A DNA stretch of 64,000 bases, from NCBI GenBank assembly GCA_964016885.1, contig OZ024743.1:135284001-135348000 (forward strand). The letters run 5' to 3'. A program made the position numbers and the translations under genes. This DNA comes from Eledone cirrhosa. Lineage: Eukaryota. Positions 45,480 to 57,100 of this stretch are shown in pieces. Every line of letters starts with the position of its first letter. The stretch's first letter is position 1. The notes under the pieces are model-generated. The model was not told where the DNA came from. It saw nothing but the letters and a program-made list of their open reading frames with translations, and ran no database searches.

Positions 45480-46550
45480 TGGTGCTTGGTGCTTGGTGTT
45501 TGGTGCTTGGTGCTTGGTGTTTGGTACTTGGTGCTTGGTGTTTGGTGTTTGGTGCTTGGTGTTTGGTGCTTGGTGCTTGGTGCTTGGTGCTTGGTGTTAT
45601 GTGTTTGGTGCTTGGTGCTTGGTGTTTGGTGGTGGTGCTTGGTGTTTGGTGCTTGGTGCCTGGTGCTTGGTGTTTGGTGCTTGGTGTTTGGTGCTTGGTG
45701 TTTGGTGCTTGGTGCTCGGTGCTTTGTGCTTGGTGCTTGGTGATTGGTGTTTGGTGTTTGGTGCTTGGTGCTTGGTGTTTGATGTTTGGTCCTTGGTGCT
45801 TGGTGTTTGGTGATTTGTGCTTGGTGCTTGGTGCTTGGTGTTTGGTGCTTGGTGCTTGGTGCTTGGTGTTTGGCGTTTGCTGTTTGCTGTTTGGTGTTTG
45901 GTGTTTGCTGTTTGGTGTTTGGTGCTTGGTGTTTGGTGCTTGGTGCTTGCTGTTTGGTGTTTGGTGTTTGGTTCTTGGTGCTTGGTGTTTGGTGCTTGGT
46001 GCTTGGTGTTTGGTGATTGGTGCTTGGTGCTTGGTGTTTGGTGCTTGGTGCTTGGTGTTTGGTACTTGGTGCTTGGTGTTTGGTGTTTGGTGCTTGGTGT
46101 TTGGTGCTTGGTGCTTGGTGCTTGGTGTTATGTGTTTGGTGCTTGGTGCTTGGTGTTTGGTGGTGGTGCTTGGTGTTTGGTGCTTGGTGCCTGGTGCTTG
46201 GTGTTTGGTGCTTGGTGTTTGGTGCTTGGTGTTTGGTGCTTGGTGTTCGGTGCTTTGTGCTTGGTGCTTGGTGATTGGTGTTTGGTGTTTGGTGCTTGGT
46301 GCTTGGTGTTTGATGTTTGGTCCTTGGTGCTTGGTGTTTGGTGATTTGTGCTTGGTGCTTGGTGCTTGGTGTTTGGTGCTTGGTGCTTGGTGCTTGGTGT
46401 TTGGCGTTTGCTGTTTGCTGTTTGGTGTTTGGTGTTTGCTGTTTGGTGTTTGGTGCTTGGTGTTTGGTGCTTGGTGCTTGCTGTTTGGTGTTTGGTGTTT
46501 GGTTCTTGGTGCTTGGTGTTTGGTGCTTGGTGCTTGGTGTTTGGTGCTTG
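45480..46550 (+). repeat. 531-bp tandem duplication, propagated to ~49320-50390 and ~56350-57420
   Basis: 45786/46317, 45817/46348, 49629/50160, 56654/57185. The markers TTGGTGGTGGTGC and TTGGCGTTTGCTGTTTGCTG each appear twice per block. Confidence 0.88.
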
Positions 46551-46555
46551 GTGCC

Positions 46556-47104
46556 TGGTGCTTGGTGTTTGGTGCTGGGTGCTTGGTGCTTGGTGTTTGG
46601 TGTTTGGTGTTTGATGCTTGGTGTTTGATGCTTGTTGCTTGGTGCTTGGTGTTTTGTGTTTGGTGTTTGGTGCTTGGTGTATGTACTTGGTGCTTGGTGT
46701 TTGGTGCTTGGTTCTTGGTGTTTGGTGATTGGTGCTTGGTGCTTGGTATTTGGTGCTTGGTGCTTGGTGTTTGGTAATTGGTGCTTGGTGTTTGGTGTTT
46801 GGTGTTTGGTGCTTGGTGTCTGGTGTTTGGTGCTTGGTGTTTGGTGCTTGGTGCTTGGTGCTTGGTGTTTGGTGCTGGGTGCTTGGTGCTTGGTGTTTGG
46901 TGTTTGGTGTTTGATGCTTGGTGTTTGATGCTTGTTGCTTGGTGCTTGGTGTTTTGTGTTTGGTGTTTGGTGCTTGGTGTATGTACTTGGTGCTTGGTGT
47001 TTGGTGCTTGGTTCTTGGTGTTTGGTGATTGGTGCTTGGTGCTTGGTATTTGGTGCTTGGTGCTTGGTGTTTGGTAATTGGTGCTTGGTGTTTGGTGTTT
47101 GGTG
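46556..47104 (+). repeat. Local duplication with 300-bp offset
   Basis: Lines 46561/46861, 46621/46921, 46681/46981 and 46741/47041 are identical. Confidence 0.93.
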
Positions 47105-48125
47105 CTTGGTGTTTGGTGCTTGGTGCTTGGTGCTTGGTGCTTGGTGTTATGTGTTTGGTGCTTGGTGCTTGGTGTTTGGTGGTGGTGCTTGGTGTTTGGT
47201 GCTTGGTGCCTGGTGCTTGGTGTTTGGTGCTTGGTGTTTGGTGCTTGGTGTTTGGTGCTTGGTGCTCGGTGCTTTGTGCTTGGTGCTTGGTGATTGGTGT
47301 TTGGTGTTTGGTGCTTGATGCTTGGTGTTTGATGTTTGGTCCTTGGTGCTTGGTGTTTGGTGATTTGTGCTTGGTGCTTGGTGCTTGGTGTTTGGTGCTT
47401 GGTGCTTGGTGCTTGGTGTTTGGCGTTTGCTGTTTGCTGTTTGGTGTTTGGTGTTTGCTGTTTGGTGTTTGGTGCTTGGTGTTTGGTGCTTGGTGCTTGC
47501 TGTTTGGTGTTTGGTGTTTGGTTCTTGGTGCTTGGTGTTTGGTGCTTGGTGCTTGGTGTTTGGTGCTTGGTGCCTGGTGCTTGGTGTTTGGTGCTTGGTG
47601 CTTGTTGTTAGGTGATTGGTGCTTGGTGTTTGGTGCTTGGTGCTTGGTGCTTGGTGCTTGGTGTTAGGCGTTTGGTGCTTGGTGCTTGGTGTTTGATGTT
47701 TGGTCCTTGGTGCTTGGTGTTTGGTATTTGGTGCTGGTGCTTGGTGTTTGGTGTTTGGTGCTTGCTGCTTGCTGCTTGGTGTTTGGTTCTTGGTGATTGG
47801 TGCTTGGTGTTTTGTGCTTTTTGCTTGGTGTTTGGTGTTTGGTGCTAGGGTCTTGGTGCTTGGTGCTTGGTGTTTGGTGCTTGGTGCTTGGTGTTTGGTG
47901 TTTGGTGCTTAGTGCGTGGGGCTTGGTGTTTGGTGCTTGGTGTTTGGTGATCGGTGTTTGGTGCTTGCTGTTTGGTGCTTGGTGCTTGGTGTTTGGTGCT
48001 TGGTGCTTGGTGCTTGGTGCTTGGTCTTTGGTGCTTGGTGCTTGGTGATTAGTGTTTGGTGATTGGTGCTTGGGGTTTGGTGTTTGGTACTTGGTGTTTG
48101 GTGCTTGGTGCTTGCTGTTTGGTGG

Positions 48126-51100
48126 TTGGTGTTTGCTGCTTGGTGCTTGGTGTTTGGTGCTTGGTGCTTGGTGCTTGTTGTTTGGTGCTTGGTGCTTGGT
48201 GCTTGGTCTTTGGTGCTTGGTGTTTGGTGTTTGGTGCTTGGTGCTTGGTGCTTGGTGTTTGGTGCTTGGTGCTTGGTGCTTGGTGTTTGGTGCTTGGTGC
48301 TTGGTGATTAGTGTTTGTTGCTTGGTGCTTGGGGTTTGGTGGTTGGTGCTTGGTGCTTGGTGTTTGGTGTTTGGTGTTTGGTGTTTGGTGTTTGCTGTTT
48401 GGTGTCTGCTTTTTGGTGTTTGGTGTTTGCTGTATGGTGTTTGCTGTTTCGTATTTGGTTTTTGCTGTTTGGTGTTTGGTGTTTGCTGTTTGGTGTTTGG
48501 TGTTTGGTGTTTGGTGCTTGGTGCTTGGTGTTTGGTGCTTGGTTTTTGGTGTTTGGTGCTTGGTACCTGGTGCTTGTTGTTTGGTGTTTGGTGCTTGGTG
48601 CTTGGTGCTTGGTGTTTGGTGCTTGGTGTCTGGTGTTTGGTGCTTGGTGCTTGGTGCTTGGTGTTTGGTGTTTGGTGCTTGGTGCTTGGTGTTTGGTGTT
48701 TGGTGCTGGGTGCTTGGAGTTTGGTGCTTGGTGCTTGGTGCTTAGTGCTTGGTGTTTGGTGTTTGGTGCTTGGTGCTTGGTGTTTGGTGTTTGATGCTTG
48801 GTGTGTGCTGCTTGGTGCTTGGTGCTTGGTGTTTTGTGTTTGGTGCTTGGTGCTTGGTGCCTGGTTCTTGGTGCTTGGTGCTTGTTGTTTGGTGCTTGGT
48901 GCTTAGTGATTAGTGTTTGGTGCTTGGTGCTTGGGGTTTGCTGTTTGGTACTTGGTGCTTGGTGTTTGGTGCTTGGTGCTTGTTGTTTGGTGTTTGGTGT
49001 TTGGTGCTTGGTGTTTGGTGTTTGGTGTTTGGTGTTTGGTGCTTGGTGCTTGGTGTTTGGGTTTTGGTGCTTGGTGCTTGGTGTTTGGTGTTTGGTGTTT
49101 GGTGCTTGGTGTCTGGTGTTTGGTGCTTGGTGTTTGGTGCTTGGTGCTTGGTGCTTGGTGTTTGGTGCTGGGTGCTTGGTGCTTGGTGTTTGGTGTTTGG
49201 TGTTTGATGCTTGGTGTTTGATGCTTGTTGCTTGGTGCTTGGTGTTTTGTGTTTGGTGTTTGGTGCTTGGTGTATGTACTTGGTGCTTGGTGTTTGGTGC
49301 TTGGTTCTTGGTGTTTGGTGATTGGTGCTTGGTGCTTGGTGTTTGGTGCTTGGTGCTTGGTGTTTGGTACTTGGTGCTTGGTGTTTGGTGTTTGGTGCTT
49401 GGTGTTTGGTGCTTGGTGCTTGGTGCTTGGTGCTTGGTGTTATGTGTTTGGTGCTTGGTGCTTGGTGTTTGGTGGTGGTGCTTGGTGTTTGGTGCTTGGT
49501 GCCTGGTGCTTGGTGTTTGGTGCTTGGTGTTTGGTGCTTGGTGTTTGGTGCTTGGTGCTCGGTGCTTTGTGCTTGGTGCTTGGTGATTGGTGTTTGGTGT
49601 TTGGTGCTTGGTGCTTGGTGTTTGATGTTTGGTCCTTGGTGCTTGGTGTTTGGTGATTTGTGCTTGGTGCTTGGTGCTTGGTGTTTGGTGCTTGGTGCTT
49701 GGTGCTTGGTGTTTGGCGTTTGCTGTTTGCTGTTTGGTGTTTGGTGTTTGCTGTTTGGTGTTTGGTGCTTGGTGTTTGGTGCTTGGTGCTTGCTGTTTGG
49801 TGTTTGGTGTTTGGTTCTTGGTGCTTGGTGTTTGGTGCTTGGTGCTTGGTGTTTGGTGATTGGTGCTTGGTGCTTGGTGTTTGGTGCTTGGTGCTTGGTG
49901 TTTGGTACTTGGTGCTTGGTGTTTGGTGTTTGGTGCTTGGTGTTTGGTGCTTGGTGCTTGGTGCTTGGTGTTATGTGTTTGGTGCTTGGTGCTTGGTGTT
50001 TGGTGGTGGTGCTTGGTGTTTGGTGCTTGGTGCCTGGTGCTTGGTGTTTGGTGCTTGGTGTTTGGTGCTTGGTGTTTGGTGCTTGGTGTTCGGTGCTTTG
50101 TGCTTGGTGCTTGGTGATTGGTGTTTGGTGTTTGGTGCTTGGTGCTTGGTGTTTGATGTTTGGTCCTTGGTGCTTGGTGTTTGGTGATTTGTGCTTGGTG
50201 CTTGGTGCTTGGTGTTTGGTGCTTGGTGCTTGGTGCTTGGTGTTTGGCGTTTGCTGTTTGCTGTTTGGTGTTTGGTGTTTGCTGTTTGGTGTTTGGTGCT
50301 TGGTGTTTGGTGCTTGGTGCTTGCTGTTTGGTGTTTGGTGTTTGGTTCTTGGTGCTTGGTGTTTGGTGCTTGGTGCTTGGTGTTTGGTGCTTGGTGCCTG
50401 GTGCTTGGTGTTTGGTGTTTGGTGCTTGGTGCCTGGTGCTTGGTGTTTGGTGCTTGGTGCTTGGTGTTAGGTGATTGGTGCTTGGTGTTTGGTGCTTGGT
50501 GCTTGGTGCTTGGTGCTTGGTGTTAGGCGTTTGGTGCTTGGTGCTTGGTGTTTGATGTTTGGTCCTTGGTGCTTGGTGTTTGGTATTTGGTGCTTGGTGC
50601 TTGGTGTTTGGTGTTTGGTGCTTGGTGATTGGTGCTTGGTGTTTTGTGCTTTTTGCTTGGTGTTTAGTGTTTGGTGCTAGGGTCTTGGTGCTTGGTGCTT
50701 GGTGCTTGGTGCTTGGTGTTTGGTGTTTGGTGCTTAGTGCGTGGGGGCTTGGTGTTTGGTGCTTGGTGTTTGGTGCTTGGTGTTTGGTGCTTGCTGTTTG
50801 GTGCTTGGTGCTTGGTGTTTGGTGTTTGGTGTTTGGTGCTTGGTGCTTGGTGTTTGGTGCTTGGTGCTTGGTGCTTGGTGCTTGGTGCTTGGTCTTTGGT
50901 GCTTGGTGCTTGGTGATTAGTGTTTGGTGATTGGTGCTTGGGGTTTGGTGTTTGGTACTTGGTGTTTGGTGCTTGGTGCTTGCTGTTTGGTGTTTGGTGT
51001 TTGGTTCTTGGTGCTTGGTGTTTGGTGTTTGGTGTTTGGTGCTTGGTGCTTGGTGCTTGGTGTTTGGTGCTTGGTGCTTGGTGCTTGGTGTTTGGTGCTG

Positions 51101-54100
51101 CATGCTTGGTGTTTGGTGTTTGGTGCTTGGTGCCTGCTGCTTGTTGTTTGGTGTTTGGTGCTAAGTGCTTGGTGTTTGGTGTTTAGTGCTTGGTGCTTGG
51201 TGGCTGGTGTTTGGTGCTTGGTGTTTGGTGTTTGGTGCTTGGTGCTTGGTGCCTGGTGTTTCGTGCTTGGTGCTTGGTGCTTGGTGTTTGGTGTTTGGTG
51301 CCTGGTGGTTGGTGTTTGGTGTTTGGTGCTTGGTGCTTGGTGTTTGGTGCTTGGTGCTTGGTTTTTGGTGTTTGGTGCTTGGTACCTGGTGCTTGTTGTT
51401 TGGTGTTTGGTGCTTGGTGCTTGGTGCTTGGTGTTTGGTGCTTGGTGTCTGGTGTTTGGTGCTTGGTGCTTGGTGCTTGGTGTTTGGTGTTTGGTGCTTG
51501 GTGCTTGGTGTTTGGTGTTTGGTGCTGGGTGCTTGGAGTTTGGTGCTTGGTGCTTGGTGCTTAGTGCTTGGTGTTTGGTGTTTGGTGCTTGGTGTTTGGT
51601 GTTTGGTGTTTGATGCTTGGTGTGTGCTGCTTGGTGCTTGGTGCTTGGTGTTTTGTGTTTGGTGCTTGGTGCTTGGTGCCTGGTTCTTGGTGCTTGGTGC
51701 TTGTTGTTTGGTGCTTGGTGCTTGGTGATTAGTGTTTGGTGCTTGGTGCTTGGGGTTTGCTGTTTGGTGCTTGGTGCTTGGTGTTTGGTGTTTGGTGTTT
51801 GGTGCTTGGTGTCTGGTGTTTGGTGTTTGGTGTTTGGTGCTTGGTGCTTGGTGTTTGGGTTTTGGTGCTTGGTGCTTGGTGTTTGGTGTTTGGTGCTTGG
51901 TGTTTGGTGTTTGGTGCTTGGTGTTTGGTGATTGGTGCTTGGTGCTTGGTGTTTGGTGCTGGGTGCTTGGTGCTTGGTGTTTGGTGTTTGGTGCTTGGTG
52001 CCTGGTGTTTGGTGTTTGGTGTTTGATGCTTGGTGTTTGATGCTTGGTGCGTGGGACTTAGTGTTTGGTGTTTGGTGCTTGGTGTTTGGTGCTTGGTGTT
52101 TGGGGCTTGGTGTTCGGTGCTTGGTGCTTGCTGCTTGCTGCTTGGTGTTTGGTGTTTGGTGCTTGGTGCTTGGTGTTTGATGTTGGGTCCTTAGTGCTTG
52201 GTGCTTGGTGTTTGGTGTTTGGTGCTTGCTGCTTGCTGCTTGTTGTTTCGTTCTTTGTGATTGGTGCTTGGTGCTTGGTGTTTGGTGCTTGGTGCTTGGT
52301 GTTTGGTGTTTGGTGTTTGGTGCTTGGGGCTTGGTGTTTTGTGCTTGGTGCTTGGTGCTTGGTGTTTGGTGTTTGGTGTTTGGTGCTTGCTGTTTGGTGC
52401 TTGGTGCTTGGTTCTGGGTGGTTGGTGTTTGCTGCTTGGTGCTTGGTGTTTGGTGCTTGGTGCTTGGTGCTTGTTGTTTGGTGCCTGGTGCTTGGTGCTT
52501 GGTCTTTGGTGCTTGGTGTTTGGTGTTTGGTGCTTGGTGCTTGGTGCTTGGTGTTTGGTGCTTGGTGCTTGGTGCTTGGTGTTTGGTGCTTGGTGCTTGG
52601 TGATTAGTGTTTGTTGCTTGGTGCTTGGGGTTTGGTGGTTGGTGCTTGGTGCTTGGTGTTTGGTGTTTGGTGTTTGGTGTTTGGTGTTTGCTGTTTGGTG
52701 TCTGCTTTTTGGTGTTTGGTGTTTGCTGTATGGTGTTTGCTGTTTCGTATTTGGTTTTTGCTGTTTGGTGTTTGGTGTTTGCTGTTTGGTGTTTGGTGTT
52801 TGGTGTTTGGTGCTTGGTGCTTGGTGTTTGGTGCTTGGTGCTTGGTTTTTGGTGTTTGGTGCTTGGTACCTGGTGCTTGTTGTTTGGTGTTTGGTGCTTG
52901 GTGCTTGGTGCTTGGTGTTTGGTGCTTGGTGTCTGGTGTTTGGTGCTTGGTGCTTGGTGCTTGGTGTTTGGTGTTTGGTGCTTGGTGCTTGGTGTTTGGT
53001 GTTTGGTGCTGGGTGCTTGGAGTTTGGTGCTTGGTGCTTGGTGCTTAGTGCTTGGTGTTTGGTGTTTGGTGCTTGGTGCTTGGTGTTTGGTGTTTGATGC
53101 TTGGTGTGTGCTGCTTGGTGTTTGGTGTTTGATGCTTGGTGTGTGCTGCTTGGTGCTTGGTGCTTGGTGTTTTGTGTTTGGTGCTTGGTGCTTGGTGCCT
53201 GGTTCTTGGTGCTTGGTGCTTGTTGTTTGGTGCTTGGTGCTTGGTGATTAGTGTTTGGTGCTTGGTGCTTGGGGTTTGCTGTTTGGTACTTGGTGCTTGG
53301 TGTTTGGTGCTTGGTGCTTGGTGTTTGGTGTTTGGTGTTTGGTGCATGGTGTCTGGTGTTTGGTGTTTGGTGTTTGGTGCTTGGTGCTTGGTGTTTGGGT
53401 TTTGGTGCTTGGTGCTTGGTGTTTGGTGTTTGGTGCTTGGTGTCTGGTGTTTGGTGCTTGGTGTTTGGTGCTTGGTGCTTGGTGCTTGGTGTTTGGTGCT
53501 GGGTGCTTGGTGCTTGGTGTTTGGTGTTTGGTGTTTGATGCTTGGTGTTTGATGCTTGTTGCTTGGTGCTTGGTGTTTTGTGTTTGGTGTTTGGTGCTTG
53601 GTGTATGTACTTGGTGCTTGGTGTTTGGTGCTTGGTTCTTGGTGTTTGGTGATTGGTGCTTGGTGCTTGGTGTTTGGTGCTTGGTGCTTGGTGTTTGGTA
53701 CTTGGTGCTTGGTGTTTGGTGTTTGGTGCTTGGTGTTTGGTGCTTGGTGCTTGGTGCTTGGTGCTTGGTGTTATGTGTTTGGTGCTTGGTGCTTGGTGTT
53801 TGGTGGTGGTGCTTGGTGTTTGGTGCTTGGTGCCTGGTGCTTGGTGTTTGGTGCTTGGTGTTTGGTGCTTGGTGTTTGGTGCTTGGTGCTCGGTGCTTTG
53901 TGCTTGGTGCTTGGTGATTGGTGTTTGGTGTTTGGTGCTTGATGCTTGGTGTTTGATGTTTGGTCCTTGGTGCTTGGTGTTTGGTGATTTGTGCTTGGTG
54001 CTTGGTGCTTGGTGTTTGGTGCTTGGTGCTTGGTGCTTGGTGTTTGGCGTTTGCTGTTTGCTGTTTGCTGTTTGGTGTTTGCTGTTTGGTGTTTGGTGCT

Positions 54101-57100
54101 TGGTGTTTGGTGCTTGGTGCTTGCTGTTTGGTGTTTGGTGTTTGGTTCTTGGTGCTTGGTGTTTGGTGCTTGGTGCTTGGTGTTTGGTGCTTGGTGCCTG
54201 GTGCTTGGTGTTTGGTGTTTGGTGCTTGGTGCCTGGTGCTTGGTGTTTGGTGCTTGGTGCTTGGTGTTAGGTGATTGGTGCTTGGTGTTTGGTGCTTGGT
54301 GCTTGGTGCTTGGTGCTTGGTGTTAGGCGTTTGGTGCTTGGTGCTTGGTGTTTGATGTTTGGTCCTTGGTGCTTGGTGTTTGGTATTTGGTGCTTGGTGC
54401 TTGGTGTTTGGTGTTTGGTGCTTGGTGATTGGTGCTTGGTGTTTTGTGCTTTTTGCTTGGTGTTTGGTGTTTGGTGCTAGGGTCTTGGTGCTTGGTGTTT
54501 GGTGTTTGGTGCTTAGTGCGTGGGGGCTTGGTGTTTGGTGCTTGGTGTTTGGTGCTTGGTGTTTGGTGCTTGCTGTTTGGTGCTTGGTGCTTGGTGTTTG
54601 GTGTTTGGTGTTTGGTGCTTGGTGCTTGGTGTTTGGTGCTTGGTGCTTGGTGCTTGGTGCTTGGTGCTTGGTCTTTGGTGCTTGGTGCTTGGTGATTAGT
54701 GTTTGGTGATTGGTGCTTGGGGTTTGGTGTTTGGTACTTGGTGTTTGGTGCTTGGTGCTTGCTGTTTGGTGTTTGGTGTTTGGTTCTTGGTGCTTGGTGT
54801 TTGGTGTTTGGTGTTTGGTGCTTGGTGCTTGGTGCTTGGTGTTTGGTGCTGCATGCTTGGTGTTTGGTGTTTGGTGCTTGGTGCCTGCTGCTTGTTGTTT
54901 GGTGTTTGGTGCTAAGTGCTTGGTGTTTGGTGTTTGGTGCTTGGTGCTTGGTGGCTGGTGTTTGGTGCTTGGTGTTTGGTGTTTGGTGCTTGGTGCTTGG
55001 TGCCTGGTGTTTCGTGCTTGGTGCTTGGTGTTTGGTGTTTGGTGTTTGGTGCCTGGTGGTTGGTGTTTGGTGTTTGGTGCTTGGTGCTTGGTGTTTGGTG
55101 CTTGGTGCTTGGTTTTTGGTGTTTGGTGCTTGGTACCTGGTGCTTGTTGTTTGGTGTTTGCTGCTTGGTGCTTGGTGTTTGGTGCTTGGTGCTTGGTGCT
55201 TGTTGTTTGGTGCTTGGTGCTTGGTGCTTGGTCTTTGGTGCTTGGTGTTTGGTGTTTGGTGCTTGGTGCTTGGTGCTTGGTGTTTGGTGCTTGGTGCTTG
55301 GTGCTTGGTGTTTGGTGCTTGGTGCTTGGTGATTAGTGTTTGTTGCTTGGTGCTTGGGGTTTGGTGGTTGGTGCTTGGTGCTTGGTGTTTGGTGTTTGGT
55401 GTTTGGTGTTTGGTGTTTGCTGTTTGGTGTCTGCTTTTTGGTGTTTGGTGTTTGCTGTATGGTGTTTGCTGTTTCGTATTTGGTTTTTGCTGTTTGGTGT
55501 TTGGTGTTTGCTGTTTGGTGTTTGGTGTTTGGTGTTTGGTGCTTGGTGCTTGGTGTTTGGTGCTTGGTTTTTGGTGTTTGGTGCTTGGTACCTGGTGCTT
55601 GTTGTTTGGTGTTTGGTGCTTGGTGCTTGGTGCTTGGTGTTTGGTGCTTGGTGTCTGGTGTTTGGTGCTTGGTGCTTGGTGCTTGGTGTTTGGTGTTTGG
55701 TGCTTGGTGCTTGGTGTTTGGTGTTTGGTGCTGGGTGCTTGGAGTTTGGTGCTTGGTGCTTGGTGCTTAGTGCTTGGTGTTTGGTGTTTGGTGCTTGGTG
55801 CTTGGTGTTTGGTGTTTGATGCTTGGTGTGTGCTGCTTGGTGCTTGGTGCTTGGTGTTTTGTGTTTGGTGCTTGGTGCTTGGTGCCTGGTTCTTGGTGCT
55901 TGGTGCTTGTTGTTTGGTGCTTGGTGCTTAGTGATTAGTGTTTGGTGCTTGGTGCTTGGGGTTTGCTGTTTGGTACTTGGTGCTTGGTGTTTGGTGCTTG
56001 GTGCTTGTTGTTTGGTGTTTGGTGTTTGGTGCTTGGTGTTTGGTGTTTGGTGTTTGGTGTTTGGTGCTTGGTGCTTGGTGTTTGGGTTTTGGTGCTTGGT
56101 GCTTGGTGTTTGGTGTTTGGTGTTTGGTGCTTGGTGTCTGGTGTTTGGTGCTTGGTGTTTGGTGCTTGGTGCTTGGTGCTTGGTGTTTGGTGCTGGGTGC
56201 TTGGTGCTTGGTGTTTGGTGTTTGGTGTTTGATGCTTGGTGTTTGATGCTTGTTGCTTGGTGCTTGGTGTTTTGTGTTTGGTGTTTGGTGCTTGGTGTAT
56301 GTACTTGGTGCTTGGTGTTTGGTGCTTGGTTCTTGGTGTTTGGTGATTGGTGCTTGGTGCTTGGTGTTTGGTGCTTGGTGCTTGGTGTTTGGTACTTGGT
56401 GCTTGGTGTTTGGTGTTTGGTGCTTGGTGTTTGGTGCTTGGTGCTTGGTGCTTGGTGCTTGGTGTTATGTGTTTGGTGCTTGGTGCTTGGTGTTTGGTGG
56501 TGGTGCTTGGTGTTTGGTGCTTGGTGCCTGGTGCTTGGTGTTTGGTGCTTGGTGTTTGGTGCTTGGTGTTTGGTGCTTGGTGCTCGGTGCTTTGTGCTTG
56601 GTGCTTGGTGATTGGTGTTTGGTGTTTGGTGCTTGGTGCTTGGTGTTTGATGTTTGGTTCTTGGTGCTTGGTGTTTGGTGATTTGTGCTTGGTGCTTGGT
56701 GCTTGGTGTTTGGTGCTTGGTGCTTGGTGCTTGGTGTTTGGCGTTTGCTGTTTGCTGTTTGGTGTTTGGTGTTTGCTGTTTGGTGTTTGGTGCTTGGTGT
56801 TTGGTGCTTGGTGCTTGCTGTTTGGTGTTTGGTGTTTGGTTCTTGGTGCTTGGTGTTTGGTGCTTGGTGCTTGGTGTTTGGTGATTGGTGCTTGGTGCTT
56901 GGTGTTTGGTGCTTGGTGCTTGGTGTTTGGTACTTGGTGCTTGGTGTTTGGTGTTTGGTGCTTGGTGTTTGGTGCTTGGTGCTTGGTGCTTGGTGTTATG
57001 TGTTTGGTGCTTGGTGCTTGGTGTTTGGTGGTGGTGCTTGGTGTTTGGTGCTTGGTGCCTGGTGCTTGGTGTTTGGTGCTTGGTGTTTGGTGCTTGGTGT

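Larger units (their letters stand above)
42915..50417 (+). repeat. Duplication of about 3.65 kb (copies ~42915-46574 and ~46793-50417), offset 3878 then 3843
   Basis: 43054/46932, 43151/47029 and 43734/47612 are at +3878. 44209/48052, 45382/49225 and 46348/50191 are at +3843. Shared rare variants include GGTAATTGG and GTGATCGG. Confidence 0.9.
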